Origin: Ptychodera flava
Taxonomy: Eukaryota
Direction of reading: 5' to 3'
Length of the DNA stretch: 64,000 nucleotides
Assembly (NCBI RefSeq): GCF_041260155.1
Contig: NC_091939.1
Coordinates: 23,771,744-23,835,743, forward strand
Below are positions 24,217 through 38,252 of the stretch, piece by piece (position 1 is the stretch's first letter; every line of letters starts with the position of its first letter). Position numbers and translations under genes: made by a program. The notes under the pieces were generated by a model. That model saw only the letters and a program-made list of their open reading frames with translations. It did not search any database and was not told the DNA's origin.

Positions 24217-27200
24217 GTGAGAATGCTTATTATACCACCATATTTTAAAAATCGCCAGCGCCAAACTTTTGCCATTGTTAATTGTTAGTCAGTAAAAATT
24301 TCATTGGCAGAGGAAAGTATTATGTTCGATTTACCAATTTACTCCCTAGGCTAGAGCCATAGGCAGAAAGCATGTATTACTGTTAAACTATAATATATGC
24401 AAATTTTCATGTAAGGAATTCGGCACATATATTCCAGGCAAACTAATCATGCAAGAATTTGCAACAAGTCTCTTCACTGCCAATAGCGCTAAAATATCAG
24501 CCACAACGCTGAAATTGTGTTTCGATCAGCTTGCATCATGCGATGGCAGGATGAGCAATAACCATGAAATTGTGCAGTTCCATTGGCAGCATTAAAGCCC
24601 CATTAGCTTTATCTTTTTGGGTTTCTTTTCAAGCTGGTTTGAAATCAAAAGCAACTTATATGTAAAAATGCTTACTGAAGTGTGACCATCGAACATTTTT
24701 CTAACATTGGCAATGCCAACTTACCAACAGTTAAATAATTTTCAATTTGCAAGTCATACTGGTATGTGGCCACCCTCCATGAGTGAGTTTGCAAAACCTG
24801 TGAACCACCGACTGAATCCATGCCACATTTTGAAATAGTCACATTGTAAAAGACAAGGAATCAAAAACTCAATCTCTAAAGATTGGACGTTATTATTCTT
24901 TTGGCAAAAAGATGCAGCTAACAGGGGCTTTAAAAAGTTGTACTGCAACAAAGGGAGTGTTGCCACTAGGGGGAGGGCCCTAGTGTCTATCAGGTATGAT
25001 GTGTCATCAGTTTGTCATTACCTCTTCTGGAATGATTCTGTTTGGTTATTTATTATGACCTGGAGCTTTTGTCCGATCTGGACACCTAGATAATTTTGAA
25101 AAGAACGTTCCAGTTTAGCTTTGTAATTTTCTTTGTGCCTGCTGGGGTTTCAAGGTTAAATTATAATAGTACAGAGTTGCTATGAAGAGTTATGTAACTA
25201 CACCTGTGTTAGGGCAAAGATGGCAACAAGGAATTGCTGAGTAAACATGTTCACATTTTCAACACAAACCATAGTCATCCTCTGCAATTCACAGTTCACT
25301 GTTGCTTTTTTGTGAGCTCGTTATCTCTTGCAATGATTATCAAAGCAAAAAATTTGCCAAAATTAAAAAAAAATATAATTTTGCTGGTTGCTCGTAGCAT
25401 GGTCTATTTTTTACATCCATGCTCATAGGTTATGCTAAATTTTGCCTGTTTGCCGTGACGTCATCAGTAAAGATCAGAAGTGAAAGTAATGTGTTCCTGA
25501 TTTGCATGACAAAGGGCTCAGCGCCCAGATGTTGATAGTTGCAACATTTGTTTGGTTTCCTCAAGAAAAAGCAAAAAAGAAACCCAGCCATGATGTGCAA
25601 TTTTTGGCCTGCTTGTTTTAATGACTCTACTTATCAGTATTCATTTTGATTTAAAAGTGTTTCACATCTCTTAATTTCATAGCAATATCTGTACCATTTT
25701 CAGTCATGTCTACTTGTAGCTTTTGGACATTCATGTCAGACCAGCTGTTGGTGGAAGCTAGTGCCCTCCAATTTTGTCATTGACCAGTTTTGTACTGTAG
25801 TTGAGAAATATAATACCCACCAGTATTATCTGCATTTAAAAAAAGCACAGGACAGTGTGAGAAAGCAAATTTGTGACCTCGTTGTTCTCCATTGTGGTCC
25901 CATGAATCAATACTTTGCTGACCCATAGCGTTTCCCTCGGTACTTGAAATATACCCACGATTCAATCCATTGTGCACACATATTTGGCTGAATTGTGTAG
26001 GCAGCTGCATGCTGACATGTACAGTGTATAGAGATATTTTCAATTTTGGAATCACAGATTTTGATTGAACCAAAATTTGCAGGTAGTGGGTTGTGTAGGC
26101 TTAGGTCTCATAGAAAATTGTATTGAAAGGAAAATGTGAGAAACAGGAAATTTCTCCCTCATATTGTGGGTTTTGAAACTGATTTTATTGCAATAAAATT
26201 TACAAATGAGCTCATCACAGAGAATGACCACCACATGAAATTAAACCTTTGTAAACACAGGTTATCAAGGCATTTGGAAAATTTGGACACTGTCATCCTG
26301 TGATAATATTTTCAACAAGCAATTGTCATGATTTTAAAAGCTTTGTACATGAGTCATAAACCTAATATAGAACAGAGATATCCAGAGTAGAAATCAAGCA
26401 AACATGATCGATACATTAGTTTATTGGCATCATTTTGATATGCAGATACCATCAGAGCTGACATCATCAGAACCTGTAAATTTATGCCAAGATTTGTCAA
26501 AATTATCATTGAGCTATGGATGTCAGTGAAAATGTTTTGAGCAAAAAAAATTTCCACATGGTTTCCCATAAATAGTGATTTACAAATTCAACATTCTGTG
26601 GTGAATTTTTTCACTCAATGAATTATGTCTTAGTATATTACATTTGAAATGACTGACAAAAAGTTCTTCTCTAAATCTTGAGGTACCATTCAAATCAACC
26701 GTGAAGGACAATGCCTTGTGAATTGATCTCTCAAACATACGTTGCATACTTTAAATTACAGCCCGATACTCGTTCAATTGCTGAGTTGTGAAAGAAAAGC
26801 AATCCTGGTAAATGAATATTCACTGGTATTCTTAGTTCACCCTCCGGTCCTGAACTCTGTTTTGTACGTCAAGTCAATATACCAGGGTGTTCATTGTACC
26901 ATATGTGTTATGCAATCATCTACTTCAATAACCCAACTGCACGTCTTTCCGTATTGACAAGTCACCCCATTTCTCTTTCAATACGACAGACTATGACTCT
27001 TCATAGGGCGGTTGATCAATTCTTGTTTGTTCTACATTGTGCGTCAAGCATTTACTTTGTTACAAATTTTTGACTCGAAATGGTTGCCTTTTATGAACAG
27101 TGATTGAAACATGATTTATACAGATATTATAAGAAAGAATCTATGGGTAACAGTTATGCCTCATTTGCATATAATGGATGTTACACCTTACCAATTGTTA

Positions 27201-27789
27201 TGGAAATGAGTGTGGCTTTGTGAATGTATGGAGGTAAAATTTATGTCCGTGGTGAATGTACTGCAAGGTGCCCTCTGATAAAGGGTTGCTTAGCCCTAAA
27301 TTTACCCTGTGGAGAATAACACCACATCATAATAGTATGACTTAAAAGATGTGTCCCGGGTCTTTCTATTGTTTGTACTCCAGAAAACGAGGTATTTTCA
27401 TGCATTTATTGAAAATTGTAGCCCTGAAATGCTGTAGCATTTGTATGGCCCTTGTTTGTCCAAAACACCTTGAAGTGCTTTTCAAATTATTGGTAAAATA
27501 CACAAGAAATGAGCCAACGTTTGATCCATGAGAATTGTATCTGGTCAAATGAATTCTCAGAATTGTATCATGTACGTGTTTTTTGAAAAAGAACTACATG
27601 TACACACTGTATGGGTTTTTATTGCATACAGCACTGACCAAGATCGGCATTAGTCTTGGCTTGCAGTGGGATGCAATGATACAAAAGGTATCCTGGTATT
27701 ATCATTGTCCAGGTACTTTTGAACTGTAAAGCTTATTTTCTTGCTGTTTGATTGACTTTGTAAAATTTCCAATTATAAAATTCACCCAG

Positions 27790-28109
27790 GGTCATTTTTG
27801 GTCCAGAGAAGATGATTACAGTTCCACCACGCCATTACTGCATCGTTGAGAACCCTGCAATCCGTGGTGAAGATGGCAGCATTACGCTGGACCAGCACGG
27901 CCAAGTCAGGCTGAACCATGCCGACCAGGAGATCCGCCTCGCTCAGGAACCGTTCCCCCTCTACTCTGGTGAAGTTCTTAAACAGGTGGTGTCTCCACTG
28001 AAAGTCGTGACCGCCAACACAGCTCTCAGACTTAGGGCAATCCTTGACTTTGAAGACGATACCGGTACCAAGAAAGTGGCTGGCGATGAGTGGCTGTTTG
28101 AAGGACCAG
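27790..28109 (+). CDS. MVP: MVP coding exon 2 ([30 protein letters not shown]...[14 protein letters not shown])
   Basis: The acceptor is cacccag| and the donor GTATAC is at 28110. The reading frame joins exon 1 (ag+g = Arg) and matches human [17 protein letters not shown]...[13 protein letters not shown]. Confidence 0.9.
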
Positions 28110-30547
28110 GTATACTGTTATTTACTGTTCCCCTCATCACAGACATCCTTTCATCCCTAGGTGATTGTTTATAGGTCCAACCATACCTTGAAACATATTG
28201 GTTTGTGCCAGTCATAAAGGAGTATAATCCTTTCCAGTCGTTTCTGTACAGGTGGAACCACTGATTAAAATGCAAATAATTACATCACATATAATATTGT
28301 TTTGGTGATAGGAAGGAGCTCACTTCTTGCAACACGAGATTATGCTATTACTTGCTTGTAAAAGACTCAATCAATGTGGAGTTTTTGGTGATAAATTACA
28401 CCACATTTTGAGTAAAAAGAACCCAATATTTCTGGCTGGTCTTCAAAAGTAAAGTGAGTTTGTGAAATATTCATTGCCTCGTGCAGCACAAAGCTTCATC
28501 AAACCTTTAAACAACTGTCTCATGTAGACTTTTACCAACCCACAGAGAATCGAGGAGTGAACAATTTGCAGATGTGTAGCTACCTTGTTTAGATATTTCC
28601 AAAAAAATATGCTTTAGACTGTATACACCAAGCAGAATTGGATTTCTGGTATACTGACATCAGTACATCAGACTCCAGTTCTAGCCTAGAGGGCAGAGCT
28701 ATCAACATCTGTCAATAAAATTGCTTTGTAGATTTGTATAGGGTGAGAACTATGCTTACTTACATTTGGTAGTTTATTATACAGATAGTGATAATCTTAA
28801 ATTTTGGTGTCTTGCTTCCTGTGCCAATTACGTTTTTGTCTAAATTTTGAGACAGCAAAATAGGGGACAAAATTCTGATTTATTCGCTAAATTGATAAAG
28901 TTGAGAAAAGAAACATGTTCAAGTCATTGAATAAACCTCAACCTACAATAGTTGGATAAATGCATTCAAATTACCGGGTAACGTATGACTTATCAAATCT
29001 TTGACCTTTCAGTTCTCAAATCATCACACCAGTTTGTCCTCTAACCCAGATTGACTGAGATACTGACACGCCTTTGACCAGTGAAAGTTTTCCCATGACC
29101 AAAGAAAATTTAATGTTTTCAGGTACCATGGGGGGAGGGGGGGGGGAATATGGGGTACATGTATAGGGCTCACTCAAAGAAATTTCTGAAAGAATCAAAA
29201 TTTAATCAAAGAGGTCAAGAAATGTCATCCATCAAAGGTAACACTGAATGTTATATTTTTACAAGAAATTTGTCAGATCACAGAAATGTTGTGTTGACAT
29301 TTTGCTGAAAAGATGTTTACATAAAAGCATTTATGAAAATTATTGTCAAATATTTCCTTGTTTACATTAGTGATATGGTCTGATGTGGTCTTTGTTAGGT
29401 AAATGTCAGATATTTTTTTAATCAAAGACTATATGTACAACTGTTTTAGATGCTATTTCATTCAAATAATTGCGTGTTAATATTTGAAGAACATTCTCTG
29501 GTGTAGAGCTTTGCACATGGCAACATAGGAATCCACGGTACCATTTGATGCATACCTGGATTTTTTAAGAACGTAATTTGAATGAAGAGTCATGAACAGA
29601 TATCTGCAGCCATGAAATCTTGGAATGTCATGTTGGAAAAAATGTGACAACTTGTACAATGTAATATTTTGACAGAGAAATTTTAAAATATTGCGCGTTT
29701 GACAGATTGGTTTTGATAAAATGTGGATAGGATTAGATTGTTGGTAGTTGCAACAATGAACTTTGGCTTGAACTGGTTACCAAACAGGCAAAAAATACTT
29801 ATCGCGATGACTATCATGTGGAATGTATTAATTGTAACCAACAAACTTCTCAGTTTCATAGCCATTATTGTATGGTGGTGCTGGTCTGCCTTTGGGAAGT
29901 CTGTTGCTCTTCAAATGGCTTTGGGAATTAATTATGAACATGAGTTTCGATTCGGTGTCACAACTCTGTATGTCTTATAGATTCATTGTCTGTACAATGT
30001 AAACAATTAGCTTGGGTATCACCACACATTTCAATGTCACCGACTCATTGATTAGTTACAATAAACCAGCATGGTGCAACTCTTTCTGGAATGATATCTG
30101 AACAGTTGATTGCACTTAATCTACAGTTAGCAGACAGAAAATTAGTAGACATTTTGTCCATTAAAACTGTCTCATGTACAGAGTTGTGGCACCGAATTGA
30201 AACCCACCGTAGTTACGCTTTAATATTTTATACATGTATCATAAAAATTTAGTAACACGATGAACAGGAAAAAAATTAACTCACGTATATGCATTGTACA
30301 ATGTACATAAATCAAATAATTATTCAGTTTGCCATTTGAGTCAACTATGTAATTAACTAAGTAAAGTAAGATTTTCCTAATATAAGATTTATGTCTATAC
30401 ACATAATACAGGGTTCACTTGAAGAAATTTCTAGAAACTCCAAATTGACACAGAAGAGTTGACAAATGTTTAGAGTACACCACACCATTACATTCATTGA
30501 TTTTACTGTACACCTAACCTTGACTTCATTGCTTTTTTCCCCAACAG

Positions 30548-30774
30548 GTACCTATATTCCAAAGAAAGAGGTGGTCGTGGATGAAACGATCCGTGCTACA
30601 ATTATCAGACCCAACCAGGCTATCAAGCTGCGTGCCAGGAAGGAAACCCTTGCCAGGGACGACACTCCCAGAGTGACAGGAGAAGAGTGGCTTGTCAAGA
30701 AGGTTGGTGCCTACTTGCCCGGTGCCTATGAGGAAGTTATCGATGTGGTTGACGCCTACGTCCTCACAGATAAG
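30548..30774 (+). CDS. MVP: MVP coding exon 3 ([33 protein letters not shown]...[31 protein letters not shown])
   Basis: The acceptor is ccaacag| and the donor GTAAGT is at 30775. The translation matches human [32 protein letters not shown]...TGEEWLV. Confidence 0.9.
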
Positions 30775-31373
30775 GTAAGTGTTCATTTCATACTTTATGT
30801 CATCCGGAAATGACCACATTTTAGCCCCGACCGTGCACCTCATGCTGAATAGTGTGTCAACATTGTGGCAGTGGCACTATTATCTCTCATCAGACCTTCC
30901 TCGTGTGTTTGCCCCTTCCACCCCTACCCACCCCTCTACTCCCCCATTTGCCAATGAAGATGTCCGAGTTTGGCGTATAAAACTATGGGATCTGGCCAAA
31001 CGTGATGGTGGGTTTGGGCCAATGTGACATATGGTGCATGTGGAACGATTCATGGTTCAAGGGCCCAAGATACATGTATGGTTTAGAATATCTACACAAT
31101 GTTTGCGAGATGCTATCATATATCACTTCTGTGGGCACAGGCCTAACTCCCTGTGGAAAATAGAGACCATATGTCCATGATGGTGTATGGGTTAAGGTAG
31201 CACCATAGTACTTATGGAATAATGTATGATTTGAGGGAAATATACTATAGAGAAGAATATTGTCTCAGACAAATGGGCCACTGCCTCTGTCATTTCTGGT
31301 AGCCTATGTTCGACTCCCTCCCTCCTCCCCCCATAAATACATATATAGACTAAGTTATTTTTTAAATTTACAG

Positions 31374-31610
31374 AAAGCACTTCACTTGCGAGCAACCCGT
31401 ACTTTCAAAGACCAGGGCGACAAACTCCGCAGGAATGGAGAGGAATGGCTGATCAAAGTAGAGGACGCCGAGACGTATATACCCAACGTCTACGAAGAAG
31501 TCGTCGGTGTGGTTCCAATCACGACGCTGACAAACAGACAATACTGCGTGATTTTAGATCCAGTAGGACAAGACGGCAAGCCACAGCTGGGACAAAAGAA
31601 ATTAGTCAAG
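31374..31610 (+). CDS. MVP: MVP coding exon 4 ([79 protein letters not shown])
   Basis: The acceptor is tttaaatttacag| and the donor GTAAGT is at 31611. The translation matches human [27 protein letters not shown]...[25 protein letters not shown]. Confidence 0.9.
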
Positions 31611-32194
31611 GTAAGTGAAAAAAGAGGAACACTGTGTAGTTGCATTGATAATTGTACCTGTCATTCTAGAGAGATGTTAGTGTATTGGTTGCGCAGGTCA
31701 GAGATTTTGAAACTATACGTAAGGTGAACCTCAGATATTGGAGTAATCAGGTTAAATAAAATAGCTATAATATGGAGCAGCAACAATGCTTACTCTGTGT
31801 TTGGAGGGATGTTCCAAGAAGTTGTTCATCAGAAGGATGATAATTCGCGTGAAAGATTGTATTGTATTGCTCCAAGAACCAGGATTTCTTTGAAGTTTTA
31901 ACATACATTTGTACAGGTGCCTGTATACCAAGCAATGCACAATTAAAGATGGTGTAATATTCTTTATTGATGAATCGTTGTTTCAGTTTTACAGAACTTT
32001 GAATTTGGGTTTAAACTATCATTAATGTGATCTTTTGAGAAATAAACATTTTTCTTTGAAAGTTTGAAAGGTCACAAATCAACGTGAAATTTGCATTATT
32101 GGGAATGATGGTAATTTTTCGCAGCACATATTTGTTATTATGGCTCACAATTACGATTGATTTAAATTATTTGGTGTGTTTCTTGTCATTTTAG

Positions 32195-32314
32195 GGTGAG
32201 AAATCATTCTTCTTGCAACCTGGTGAGAAGCTAGAGAAAGGAATTCAGAACGTCTATGTACTTGGAGAAGACGAAGGTGTCATCTTGAAGGCCAACGAAG
32301 CGTTCAAAGATGAA
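32195..32314 (+). CDS. MVP: MVP coding exon 5 ([40 protein letters not shown])
   Basis: The acceptor is ttgtcattttag| and the donor GTAGGT is at 32315. The translation matches human [33 protein letters not shown]. Confidence 0.85.
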
Positions 32315-32894
32315 GTAGGTCGAGTGTTATTGTCTTAGGACATCAAAACTAAATACTATCTGTGATGTTGTGTTTCTGATGCAGCTATATATGGAAAATA
32401 TCTTCAAGAAAATAAAATTAAACTTGAACTGTTTTGGCCACCCAGTCACAAAAATAGCTATAAATGTTGATTGACTCATACAAAAAACAGACCAGCATGT
32501 AGTGTAATTAGCATCAATGATACACTTGCAGTGTTTCATCAGAGCAAGTTCTCTTCTGTACACTTGCAGTGTTCCAAATCGAGCCTTACTTAATGTTCCA
32601 AATAGAGCCTTACCTTAATATGCCGGCACATTTTATCTTGTGTGTGCCTGTCTTTACCTGTGATTATACTATGCCTTTATATTGTATCACAAGTCCATGC
32701 AATGAAGTATGAAGTCATTTTACCTAGATCAAGCATAAGGGTACAATATTACTGTATGCACACGTTAGGTCATATAAAGTCGCAATTCTTTAGATTTATG
32801 CGACACCAGGGAACACACGTATGATGTGAATGTAAAAAAGAAATTCGAATTGCAAGTGCAAGTTGCTTAATGAGAACTAATTCTCAATATCAAG

Positions 32895-33044
32895 GGTGTT
32901 GACAGAAAGCCCGGGGATCGTTGGATGATCCGTGGCCCAGCAGAGTACGTCCCCCCAGTGGAAGTGGACGTGGTCACCAAGAGGAAAGCCATCCCACTGG
33001 ATGAAAACGAAGGTATCTATGTCAGAGATACCAAGACAGGAAAG
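32895..33044 (+). CDS. MVP: MVP coding exon 6 ([50 protein letters not shown])
   Basis: The acceptor is aatatcaag| and the donor GTAGGG is at 33045. The translation matches human [45 protein letters not shown]. Confidence 0.9.
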
Positions 33045-33243
33045 GTAGGGCGAGAGTCTTTGTTGAGTGTCCAGCACTCTTATTTTCCTCAAATTCTATC
33101 AAAAGTATCCTCCAGATTTTAAGATATATATTCTTCTACCTGATGCTGCTATGTTTGCCAGAAGCAGGGAAAATTTTCATTTCCTAAATTCATATGGAAA
33201 TGGCGTTGCACACAGCTGATGTGTATTCTCAAAAAAATCTCAA

Positions 33244-33251
<8 letters not shown>

Positions 33252-33342
<91 letters not shown>

Positions 33343-33346
33343 ATAC
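33252..33346. repeat. (AT)n microsatellite (about 47 units) in MVP intron 6
   Basis: The repeat is directly visible in the sequence. Confidence 0.95.
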
Positions 33347-33868
33347 GAACGTACATACATATTATTATAGCCCAAATATGGGACTATGTGCGTGAGGGTA
33401 GGTGACCATTTGCTTTCCTGACGTCAGGAAGGCAAATGGTCTCCTGCCTCATGGTACCATTGTCCCTTGCTTGGGCTATAATGTTTTCATGTGCCTCTCT
33501 TACATAGTTTTCACTCCATATTTTAGGTTTACATACAAATGACAATCATATGCTTTCTGTCCATGTTATACAAAAATCTGTTGAAAAAATAGTGTATTGA
33601 TATTTTTAAATCAATGTTATGTGGTTTATCAAATTTTTTACACATAATTTTGTAAAAACAGTATTTTCTATTTAAAACATGTAATGTGATCAGTTTTAAA
33701 TCTTGAAGTTGTCAAGTTGAAAATAGTTCCGGTTCACTTTCAGTCAAATGATGACTGCAGCCTGTGAAATCATCAACAAGTTACCATTGAATCCTATGGA
33801 GTGTGTGACGTTTGATAACTGAGGCATGAAATAAATATATAAATGACATCTTCTGTCCCCATTCTCAG

Positions 33869-34107
33869 GTCAGAGCAGTTACCGGTGAGACGTACATGCT
33901 GACCCAAGACGAGGAACTGTGGGCCAAAGAGTTGCCCCCAGCAGTTGAAAATCTCCTTCAGAGCCATAAGGACCCTTTGGCTGATCGCAGTGATCGTTCA
34001 GGGGCTGGTGGTCCCGTCAGACAGAGAGAGAAGACCAAAGTTGTGACGTTCCGGGTTCCTCACAACGCTACTGTACAAATCTATGACTACAAAGAAAAGA
34101 AAGCAAG
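33869..34107 (+). CDS. MVP: MVP coding exon 7 ([40 protein letters not shown]...[23 protein letters not shown])
   Basis: The acceptor is ccattctcag| and the donor GTACGG is at 34108. The translation matches human [30 protein letters not shown]...[24 protein letters not shown]. Confidence 0.9.
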
Positions 34108-34730
34108 GTACGGCTCGGCTGGCAGAAAGGTCCATCATGGTGTTCAAGAGGAAATCTCTCTTCCACTGTATATCCAAAACATCTCCCATTCTAGTTATAT
34201 AGGGTGTTGACATGGTGTAGTATTTCGCCATCAGACATGGCATATTTGAAGAAAATACTCATGAAGACATTAAGACATTATCTATCAGTTCGTCATTTCA
34301 TAAAAACTTCATGAAATGCTTGTTATAATTTACTCATAGATGTATGTACTAGGTCGATCACATAAAAATCAGTGTATTAATTTTCAGCTGCACACAAGAT
34401 ATTGAGGGGCTATTCCCAAATGTTTAGATGGTTTCCTATCAAACAAGCTTCTCTTCTATGAAGGAAACAACACCATGCGCAAATTCTCCCCATTCCTAGC
34501 TGTCTCCTGGTGCCAATATGTAACCCATGTGAGAAATTTTTGAAGACCCTTAACCCTTTCACCACCATGGTTTTACCCAAACCCATTGTTATTAATGGTG
34601 ATCTTGGACCTGTTTACAGGGAATGGGGGGTGAACAGGTTAAATTGAGTGGTGAACTTCAAGCATTGAACATTAGGATAAGATAGATTTGATAATTTTCA
34701 TAATGTTTTCTTTGCTATATTTCCCAACAG

Positions 34731-34928
34731 GGTTGTATACGGCCCTGAGCTGGTGATGCTTGGACCCGATGAACAGTTCACCCAGCTTTCGTTGTCCGGT
34801 GGCAAACCAAAGAGACCAAATGTTATCAAATCGCTGGTCTTGCTGCTCGGTCCTGACTTCTGTACAGACATCATTACCATAGAAACGGCTGATCATGCCC
34901 GGCTTCAACTGCAGCTTTCGTACAACTG
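34731..34928 (+). CDS. MVP: MVP coding exon 8 ([67 protein letters not shown])
   Basis: The acceptor is tttcccaacag| and the donor GTAAGT is at 34929. The translation matches human [66 protein letters not shown]. Confidence 0.9.
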
Positions 34929-35415
34929 GTAAGTTTTAAGAAATATGTACTTACCCAACTTTACAGCGTACAAAAGATTTGTTAACTCTGTACAAAAAAC
35001 TGAGTTTCACATCGGCTTTAGAAAAAAGGAAATGATTGCCCATAATAAGAAGTGGGGAAATTACAGTTCTAATATCTACCGAGACCAATGCACAACAGAC
35101 ATGACACATGATAATGATAATGTATGACTAATATTTAATACTTTATTGGCTTCTGTAATGTAAAATTATTTTTTCCCCGATTTAATGAGACATGTATAAA
35201 AAACTTTTTGATAACTTCAATAAAAAAAATATTAAAAAAGTTTGAAGAAATAATACTGACTCTGGGGCGATGTCAATGGGATGGGTTTTGAAAATTCACT
35301 CAAAGTGAAAATTAAAAGGTAACCTCACAGTGTCCTAGAACCATATATGAACAAAAGCATGTTTACACAATTACACCAGAACTGACCGTTGATGGTTTTG
35401 GTGATATTTTTCCAG

Positions 35416-35560
35416 GCATTTTGAAGTGAAAGACAAGACAGACAAACAGGAAGCCGCTAAACTGTTCAGCGTTCCTGATTTCGTCGGCGATGCATGCAAA
35501 GCCATCGCATCCCGAGTCAGAGGTGCCGTGGCTAGTGTACAGTTTGATGATTTCCACAAG
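35416..35560 (+). CDS. MVP: MVP coding exon 9 ([49 protein letters not shown])
   Basis: The acceptor is tatttttccag| and the donor GTGAGA is at 35561. The translation is near-identical to human [48 protein letters not shown]. Confidence 0.92.
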
Positions 35561-36994
35561 GTGAGAATGGTGTAAAATTTGCCTTTTTTATTGCAGCAGA
35601 AGTATATGTCGCTTCCTATGTTTACTTGAGAAATAGCACCATCATGATATGGGCTGATTCGCTCTGTCATCATGGAAGTCGTTCTGTGTGAAACTTACAT
35701 CCCCTGCCACTGGCTGAGAGACTGTGCACTCATAAAATGGTCACACACTTAAACATCATTCTAGCAATAGAACAATTTCGCTGTCAATACCATCTTTTTG
35801 GTAGAACCATTGCAAGTTTATGAGTGGCTGTGTGAATTTACAACTAGAAAGCATTTGCAAGCAAAAGCGAAGTTCCAGAGACCAGAGCAGCGGAAGAAGC
35901 AAGAGAATGTGTGACAAAGATAGGTGCAGAATGAAAGGTGCTTTGGATTTTAATATTCAGGGCTGATAGCAGTAAACACCATAATACAACTAAAAGCAAG
36001 GCAGTCCGGGGAATTACAGTACACAGATTACAAATGCCTACATGTATGGTAAAAACGCAACAGATACATACGGGGCGACAACGCACGGAAATGTTTATCA
36101 GACGACATTCTCGCGAGCCAGAGCAATAATTTTCGCTCCGCTGACCTACGCAAAAATCAATCGCTTGACGGGTAGCGCTGAGTTGTTGCCGTAAAGAGGC
36201 GTGTCATTTACAACGATGAGAAGGAAACATCGGACCTAGGCCGTTGAAATTGAGCCACATGCATTTTCATTTGATTAAAAGCACAGACTAAAACAATTTT
36301 CATTGCTATGTCGCTGTTTTCACAAGATACTGACCATTTGATCTTGGAAAGTTGAGTTGCTTTTACGTGCAGCCAACGCATGCCGGTGCATGACAGACAG
36401 TACGTTCACTATGAATGCCTAGCTCTGCATGGCAGGGCTGTGTGTTTACCGGCGTTAAACGGCCTCCCACCACAGCCCCGCAGATTGATGTAGGAAAAAA
36501 CGCTGGTGGCTCCTCAGAAATACGGCGGGCAGTTTCTCCGCCAAAACAGCCGATTTTGAGTCCAAATTTTGCATTGATCATCGTTTTCGAGCACACCCAC
36601 CTCGCCTAGGTACACGATGTGCCCAGCCGCGCTTGTAAACTTAGGGAAAGGCTAATTTTCACTCTCTGGGCGAGCGAGGCGATTGACACGCCGCCATGTT
36701 GTCTCATGAGCATTCGGGCGAAACAGTATAGCGCCACGTACGGCGAGTATTTAGAGAAAAATAAAATCAAAAAGCAACAAAAACAAAGCGAAAGAAAGCT
36801 AGAATTATTAATAACTGAACGCAATATGATAGTTGAGCAATGCCAAATAAAAAATAAATAAATAAACAAACAAGAAATGCCCGTAAAACCCGTCCGAGCT
36901 GAGCGATGACGTCATAAGCGTGTCGCAATGCATTCTGGGTAATTATGGTAAAATTTGTGTATAGCATGTTCTATGGTAGTAAAACCGGAAATAG

Positions 36995-37025
<31 letters not shown>

Positions 37026-37030
37026 AGGAA
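36995..37030. repeat. (GAAA)n microsatellite in MVP intron 9
   Basis: The repeat is directly visible in the sequence. Confidence 0.9.
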
Positions 37031-37384
37031 AGTGAGCAAAAACTAACAGTTCCAGAGCTGGTCTCTGGAACTAATTACCCTTTGCACCCTGATCCCCTGG
37101 TACTCTATGACGTCATCGGACATTTGTGTCCGAGCCGGGTTCAAAGGGTAACCTAGTATGTTATGCAGTATCTGTATATATATATGTATTCAAGCTACTA
37201 AATGCAATACTATAATCCCCTTTTCAAAGTGTAACCTGATGAATTCTCTCGGCTCCAAAAGATAAGAAATTTTCTGCATACAGTAAGTCATATATTCCAT
37301 GAAGCCTCAGCAAAAGAGTCAGAGCTCTCATCTCAATGCGTGAATCATTATTTTGAAAAAGTGTGATTTGTCCCCATATTTCAG

Positions 37385-37596
37385 AATTCAGCCAAGATCA
37401 TCCGTGCCTCAGTGTTCGGTCTGGATGAGAGACAGAAGGTGCGCGACCGCTTCATGTTCCCCCAGAACAACCTGATCATCACCAGCATTGACATCCAGTC
37501 CGTGGAGCCAGTGGACCAACGTACCAGAGATGCCCTGATGAAGTCCGTGCAGCTGGCCATTGAAATCACCACAAACTCACAGGAGGCTGCTGCCAA
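37385..37596 (+). CDS. MVP: MVP coding exon 10 ([71 protein letters not shown])
   Basis: The acceptor is ccccatatttcag| and the donor GTGAGT is at 37597. The translation matches human NSARIIRTAVFGFE...[49 protein letters not shown]. Confidence 0.92.
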
Positions 37597-38252
37597 GTGA
37601 GTACCCCCCCAAGCAATCTAATGGAATTTCCCTGAACAACAAAAAATATATTGACACGTGTAGTCTATACGTCACATGTTAGGGAATGTAATGTTAAAGA
37701 GAGATTATCATGGCTCAAGTAAAAGGCCCGCTGTAATTATCATCAGTTTCGTTGAAGCATTAATGTCACCTAATTTCATTCATACTTCAATATATCAACA
37801 TAAATTAGATTTATTTTCGTCACTTTTCAAGAAGGAAAGTAGCAAAATGTCTGCCACCTTTATTATGGTAACAAAATATTGTTACAGTTGATTGCGTCAA
37901 TAAGTCTTCTAACACATCTTGAATAAGAGAAAAAACCATCAATTTCCCAGACAGTTTTATGATATTGAAGCATACACTGTGGGATAGGATCTAAATATTT
38001 GTTTGCAACAAATGTATTCACAATGAAATGAAACCAGAAGAATGTGATGATGTTCACTTTCTAAGCAATGAAAGAAATTGCAATGTTGAAAAAGTTGTGC
38101 ATGATTTTACAGCATTTTAAGGAAAAGATTCATAATCAACAAAAGTAAAAGCTGCAAGTCTGAGGAATGATTCTCTCACTCTCACTTGTCTAAAACATGT
38201 CAAACATGATCGACAAACCTTGACTCCATTCTCTATTTCTGTACCACCACAG

